Source of the DNA: Tepidisphaera sp.
GTDB lineage: Bacteria; Planctomycetota; Phycisphaerae; Phycisphaerales; UBA1924
Assembly (NCBI GenBank): GCA_050916045.1
Contig: CP051526.1
Location: 3,520,001-3,584,000 of the forward strand
Length of the DNA: 64,000 bases
Direction of reading: 5' to 3'
Positions within the stretch are counted from its first letter, which is position 1; each line of letters starts with the position of its first letter. The translations under genes were made by a program, and so were the position numbers. The notes below the pieces were generated by a model. The model did no database searches and was not told where the DNA came from. It was given only the letters and a program-made list of their open reading frames with translations. Shown piece by piece: positions 59,981 through 64,000 of this stretch.

Positions 59981-61081
59981 TCATATTCGGACTTTGTTCT
60001 CCGCGGCTCCGGTCTTGAGCACCGCTTCGCAGGATTCCCGAACGGTCGGCTCCTCGATCCGGTCGATGCGGCATCGCTCAGGATGGTCGTTGGCAAGCTC
60101 GGTCTCGGGCAGCGTCGGATCGGCGAGCAGGATGCGCTCGGGGCCGCCCGGACGCGTCGCAATCGTCGTCCATCTGTGGTCGGTCGGACCGAACATCGTC
60201 ACCAGCGGCACGCCGAACGCCGCCGCCAAGTGCCGAGGGCCGGTGTCGTTGGTCACCATCAGCGATGAACGTCGGATGATCGACTTCAGCGACCCGATCG
60301 TGATGCCAAGCGCGGGGAGCGCGGCGCACGCGGAGCCCAGTCCCGACTCGGAAGCGATCCGCTCGGTCAGTTCCCGCTCACCCGGCGAACCGTTGACCAG
60401 AACTCGCAATCCGTACGTCCGGTGAAGCCAAGCCGCCAGACTTGCGAACCGGTCCGCGGGCCAGCGCTTGGCTTCGTTGTTCCCGCCCGGGTTCAGAATC
60501 GCGAACCGGTCGGTCTCGGCGATCCCGGCACGCGTCAGCAGCCCGCGCCCGCTTTCTTCCTGCTCAGACGTCACGCCGAGCTCGAGAAACGCCTCGCCGG
60601 AAGCGGCAGCGGATCTCTCGCCGATCAGGCACTCGCGTACCAGCCGCAGGTAGTAGTCCACAGCGGGCACGATCGCCCAAGAGCCGTCGGGCCGCGTCGG
60701 AGCTTTGATCTTGTCCGTCAGAAGCACGCCGCGGAGGTCGCGGTCGTAGCCGATGCGGCGCGGGATCCCCGCGAGTCTGGTCGTGAGCGCGGTCGAGAAT
60801 GAGTTGGTGAACAGGACCGCCGCGTCGTACCGGCGCGGACGCACCTTCGCCGCCGCGTGCTTGGGGCCCATGACCCCGCTCGCCCGGGCGATGTGCGTTT
60901 CGTCGAAGAAATCGGTGCCCGCGAGCAGCTCATCCAGCCCCGGCCGCATCAGACCGCCGACGAAGATCCCCGGAAAGCTCCGCCGGATCAGGCGGAGCGC
61001 CGGCGTCGCCATCGCGGTATCGCCCAGCCAGCTCGGGCAGACGACCAAAAGCCGCAGAATCTCGCCCTTGCTCCGGCTCAC
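59981..61081 (-). CDS. waaF: Lipopolysaccharide heptosyltransferase II-like (GT9)
   Basis: PSWLGD, NSFSTA, GIPRRIGY, KRWPADRF, NDTGPRHLAAA and FGPT. Confidence 0.85.
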   Translation of the reverse strand: MSRSKGEILRLLVVCPSWLGDTAMATPALRLIRRSFPGIFVGGLMRPGLDELLAGTDFFDETHIARASGVMGPKHAAAKVRPRRYDAAVLFTNSFSTALTTRLAGIPRRIGYDRDLRGVLLTDKIKAPTRPDGSWAIVPAVDYYLRLVRECLIGERSAAASGEAFLELGVTSEQEESGRGLLTRAGIAETDRFAILNPGGNNEAKRWPADRFASLAAWLHRTYGLRVLVNGSPGERELTERIASESGLGSACAALPALGITIGSLKSIIRRSSLMVTNDTGPRHLAAAFGVPLVTMFGPTDHRWTTIATRPGGPERILLADPTLPETELANDHPERCRIDRIEEPTVRESCEAVLKTGAAENKVRI

Positions 61082-61425
61082 CAGCGATCCTCCCCGCCGG
61101 ATTCTCCGCCAAACCCTCCGTCGGGCTCGTCATCCGCGTCGTCGTCTGGCTCATCCACTTCGTGCTCGGGCCAAAGCTCTTCTCCGGGATGGTGCGCCGC
61201 CCACCACGCGTTGGTGGTCCGGCGAAGCTCGGCGGCGAAACCGACCGCCACCACCTCGTGCCCCTCAAGCACCACCTGCAGCCCGCTCGCGTCGGCGTCA
61301 AGCCGCACAATTCGCACGCCGGTCCGCTCCGCCAGCGAGTGTGCGGCCGCGACGACCGCGCCCCGAACCCTCGCGTCCGCGAGCGGCGACCCATCGGCAC
61401 GGAGCGTGGCGGTCGAGACATCCAT
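61078..61425 (-). CDS. Hypothetical protein; resembles a truncated, catalytically inactive IS200/Y1-transposase fold with an acidic tail
   Basis: Lies between gmhB and waaF with a 4-nt overlap into the waaF start. The fold assignment is by pattern only. Confidence 0.65.
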   Translation of the reverse strand: MDVSTATLRADGSPLADARVRGAVVAAAHSLAERTGVRIVRLDADASGLQVVLEGHEVVAVGFAAELRRTTNAWWAAHHPGEELWPEHEVDEPDDDADDEPDGGFGGESGGEDRW

Positions 61426-61453
61426 CGTGGTTCATTCTTGCACGCTCGGGCGC

Positions 61454-62014
61454 TCACCGCGAAAGAGGCCGGCCAAGGACCCTGTCGCACGCCGACTTCA
61501 TGTCCGGCACGTCGGGGGCTCCGACGCGGACGCATCGCCAGGGAGCGATGCCGGCAACCTGGCCGGCGACAAGGTCCCGCTCGGCATCTCCGATCATCCA
61601 GGAACGGTCAAGGTCAACGCCGAGTTCCCTCGCCGCCGCGAGGAACATGCCCGGGCCGGGCTTGCGCCACACGTCCGGGTCGTGCATGAACCGCTCCACC
61701 GTCCCGCCGGGCCTGCGGGGAGCCATGTAGACCCCGGCAAGCGTGACGCTTTCCTCCGCCAGAAGCGCCCGCATCCGGTCGTTGGTCGCTTCCGCCTCTG
61801 TCAGCGAACAGCGTCCTGCGGCGAGCGCCCCCTGGTTGGACACCACGACCAGCGCGAATCCGGCATCGGCCAGCCGCTTGAGGCTTTCGGCGACCGTCGG
61901 AAGCAGCCGAACCCTGCTTGGCTCGAACAGATCCCCGGGCGCGGCGGAATCCGCCGTCGCGTCGGTGGTCGCGATCAGCGTGTCGTCCCGGTCAAGAAAC
62001 ACCGCGGCGTGCAT
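61454..62014 (-). CDS. gmhB: D,D-heptose 1,7-bisphosphate phosphatase-like HAD-IIIA hydrolase
   Basis: AVFLDRDDTL, VVSNQG, RKPGPGM and SWMIGD. It is in an operon with a GT9 heptosyltransferase. Confidence 0.82.
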   Translation of the reverse strand: MHAAVFLDRDDTLIATTDATADSAAPGDLFEPSRVRLLPTVAESLKRLADAGFALVVVSNQGALAAGRCSLTEAEATNDRMRALLAEESVTLAGVYMAPRRPGGTVERFMHDPDVWRKPGPGMFLAAARELGVDLDRSWMIGDAERDLVAGQVAGIAPWRCVRVGAPDVPDMKSACDRVLGRPLSR

Positions 62015-62066
62015 CGCTTCACGGTATCACCCGCGCCGCCGAGCGTCGGGACCCCAACAATCAGCC

Positions 62067-63158
62067 ATGGGTATCCAGGATCGGAGATACAACCCACGCG
62101 GAGGAGGCGGCGGATTCGGCGATTCGTTCCGCCGGATGCTCGAGAGCGCGGACGGGTTTTTCGGGTGGTCTTTCCCGCTTTTCCGCGTCCCCCGATGGGT
62201 TCCGGGCATTCGCAACATCGACGTCCGGGTTCACATCCTCTACATCCTCATCCTGCTGGGCCAGCTCGCGGGTGCCGCCGGGTCAAACGGCGTCGGCGTG
62301 GCGAGAATGGCGATCTGGATGGCGATGCTCTTCGTCCTCGTGCTGCTTCACGAGTTCGGGCACTGCCTCGCGTGCCGGCTGGTCGGGGGTTCGGCGGACA
62401 AAGTCCTGATGTGGCCGCTGGGCGGCTTGGCGTACTGCGAACCGCCCCGCCGGTGGAAGCCGGCGCTGATCACGACCCTTGGCGGTCCGGGAGTCAATGT
62501 GATCCTCTTCCCCGTCTTCGCCGCCGGGCTTTTCGCGGCCGGTGCGGGTTGGTCCGACGTCTTCTTCAACCCCTTCCAACCCGGCGCGGGGCTTTCGCCC
62601 GAGTTCTACGGGATGTCTTGGCGCGGCTGGCTTTGGTCCGCCCACTCCATGAACCTGCTGCTTCTCGCGTTCAACATGCTGCTCCCGATGTTCCCGATGG
62701 ATGCCGGCCGCGTGGTGCAGGAGATCCTCTGGTCCCGCGTGGGCTATCAGCGGTCGATGGTGATCGCGGTCAACGTCGGCCTCTTCGCCGCCGTTGCCGT
62801 CGGCATCTTCGGGATCGCCACCGGCAAATCGATGCTCGTCGGCATCGCCATTTTCGGCGGCCTCACCTGCTACACCGAACGGCAGAAACTCGCCATGATG
62901 GGTGAAAGCTCCCCCTGGTCGTACGACACCGACCGCGGCTACTCCGGTTTCCGCGTCGAGCAGGATTCCGCCCCCGCCCGACCCTCCTGGTCCGAGCGTC
63001 GCAAAGCCAAAGCCGCGGAGAAACAAGCCGCCCAGAGCGCCGCTCGCGATGCCGAGGTCGACCGCATCCTCGGCAAGATCGCCACCCAGGGCATGGGCTC
63101 GCTCACCGCGAAAGAGAAAGCCACGCTCGACGCCGCGAGCAAAGCCAAGCGCCTCTAG
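62067..63158 (+). CDS. Site-2 protease (M50) family intramembrane zinc metalloprotease
   Basis: LLHEFGH, WPLGGLA, GGPGVN and FNMLLPMFPMDAGR. C-terminal EVDRILGKI..GMGSLT. Confidence 0.9.
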   Translation: MGIQDRRYNPRGGGGGFGDSFRRMLESADGFFGWSFPLFRVPRWVPGIRNIDVRVHILYILILLGQLAGAAGSNGVGVARMAIWMAMLFVLVLLHEFGHCLACRLVGGSADKVLMWPLGGLAYCEPPRRWKPALITTLGGPGVNVILFPVFAAGLFAAGAGWSDVFFNPFQPGAGLSPEFYGMSWRGWLWSAHSMNLLLLAFNMLLPMFPMDAGRVVQEILWSRVGYQRSMVIAVNVGLFAAVAVGIFGIATGKSMLVGIAIFGGLTCYTERQKLAMMGESSPWSYDTDRGYSGFRVEQDSAPARPSWSERRKAKAAEKQAAQSAARDAEVDRILGKIATQGMGSLTAKEKATLDAASKAKRL

Positions 63159-63297
63159 CGCCGCTTCGCCACCCGCGTCCGGGTCGTGTTCGACGAACTG
63201 CGACCGTGCGGACAGCCCCGCTCGAACGCTCCTTGAATTCGTTCGCGCACCCGTCACGTTCCAAGCCTCTCGCGGTCGATACATCCGCCCGCTCGCC

Positions 63298-63972
63298 ATG
63301 CCCAATCGCGCTCCATCCTCCGCCCGCTTCTACCTCGGCGCGTTCATCCTCGCCGTCGGACTCGCCGGCATCCTCCGCTGGCAGGACGTCTCCGCCCTCC
63401 AGCCCGCCCGCCCCGAAAACCTCGCCACACCGACGCCAAGCCTCTGGCCCGGCATGCAGGACCGCTCCGCTTCCGTCATGGCCGAGGTGAAAGCCATGAA
63501 GCTCGTCACCGCCGAGGTCCGCACCAACGTCACCAGCACCTCCTCCGACGTCAGCATGTTCGGCGATGTCTCCGCGACCGTCACCGCACCCGTCCGCTTG
63601 CTGTACGGGTGCGACCTCGCCTCGCTCGAAACCACCGCGATCACCTTCAGCCCCCTGCACGACGTCTACCTGCTCCGCGTCCGCCCGCCGGAACGCATCG
63701 CCGCCGAGATCCAGACCCCCTTCGAGAAAGCCGAGGTCAAGACCGGCTGGATGCGAAGCCGGGCCACCGACGGCGAGTTCCACCTCGGCGAAGCCCGCCG
63801 CGACCTCATGCTCCGCGCTGAGGAACTCGCGCCCGACGCCGAACAGCGGATCCGCTTGCGCGAGGACGCCCGGAGTCAGGTCGCGGCTCTCGTCCGAAAG
63901 ATCGTCGGCGATCGCGCGGGGGTCAAGGTGACCTTCACCGACGAGTTCGGGCTTGCGGGGAGCGGGAAATGA
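63298..63972 (+). CDS. DUF4230-like membrane-anchored protein
   Basis: N-terminal TM, KLVTAEV, VRLLYGCDL and VRPPE. The family assignment is by pattern only. Confidence 0.65.
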   Translation: MPNRAPSSARFYLGAFILAVGLAGILRWQDVSALQPARPENLATPTPSLWPGMQDRSASVMAEVKAMKLVTAEVRTNVTSTSSDVSMFGDVSATVTAPVRLLYGCDLASLETTAITFSPLHDVYLLRVRPPERIAAEIQTPFEKAEVKTGWMRSRATDGEFHLGEARRDLMLRAEELAPDAEQRIRLREDARSQVAALVRKIVGDRAGVKVTFTDEFGLAGSGK

Positions 63973-64000
63973 CGCGGATCTGGCGAGCTCGCTGGTGCAT

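Noticed and set aside
63969..64000. Possible start of a next gene (ATGA overlap)
   Set aside because: Only about 10 codons are visible before the window edge, so it cannot be supported.

Overview
High-GC bacterial chromosomal window, most likely from a Planctomycetota/Phycisphaerales-like organism. This is inferred from a VPTPG-type PEP-CTERM tail, three dockerin-like C-termini ending in GC, a FlgI-HEAT lipoprotein and CxxC..CPECG zinc ribbons. It is mostly housekeeping: hrpA (5'-truncated), clpC, glmS, smc, dcd-nrdJ, ffh, type III glutamine synthetase, upp, ybeY-hemolysin/CorC, gmhB-orfX-waaF and tRNA-Ala(GGC), interspersed with secreted or surface proteins. I found no CRISPR array, prophage, integrase or intact transposase. 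The most notable observations are: (1) a ~260-nt non-coding element closed by a 27-28 bp inverted repeat, followed by a 6x12-bp tandem repeat and a plus-strand terminator, downstream of nrdJ; (2) three unrelated secreted proteins sharing a Ca-binding dockerin-like tail ending in -GC, a candidate surface anchoring or sorting system; (3) a small ORF in the heptose/LPS operon resembling a catalytically dead IS200-type Y1 transposase fold; (4) a pervasive TANNNT hexamer 5-9 nt upstream of SD-less start codons, suggesting leaderless mRNAs; (5) tandem NrdR boxes over the dcd-nrdJ promoter. All product calls come from motif recognition by eye; no database searches were run.
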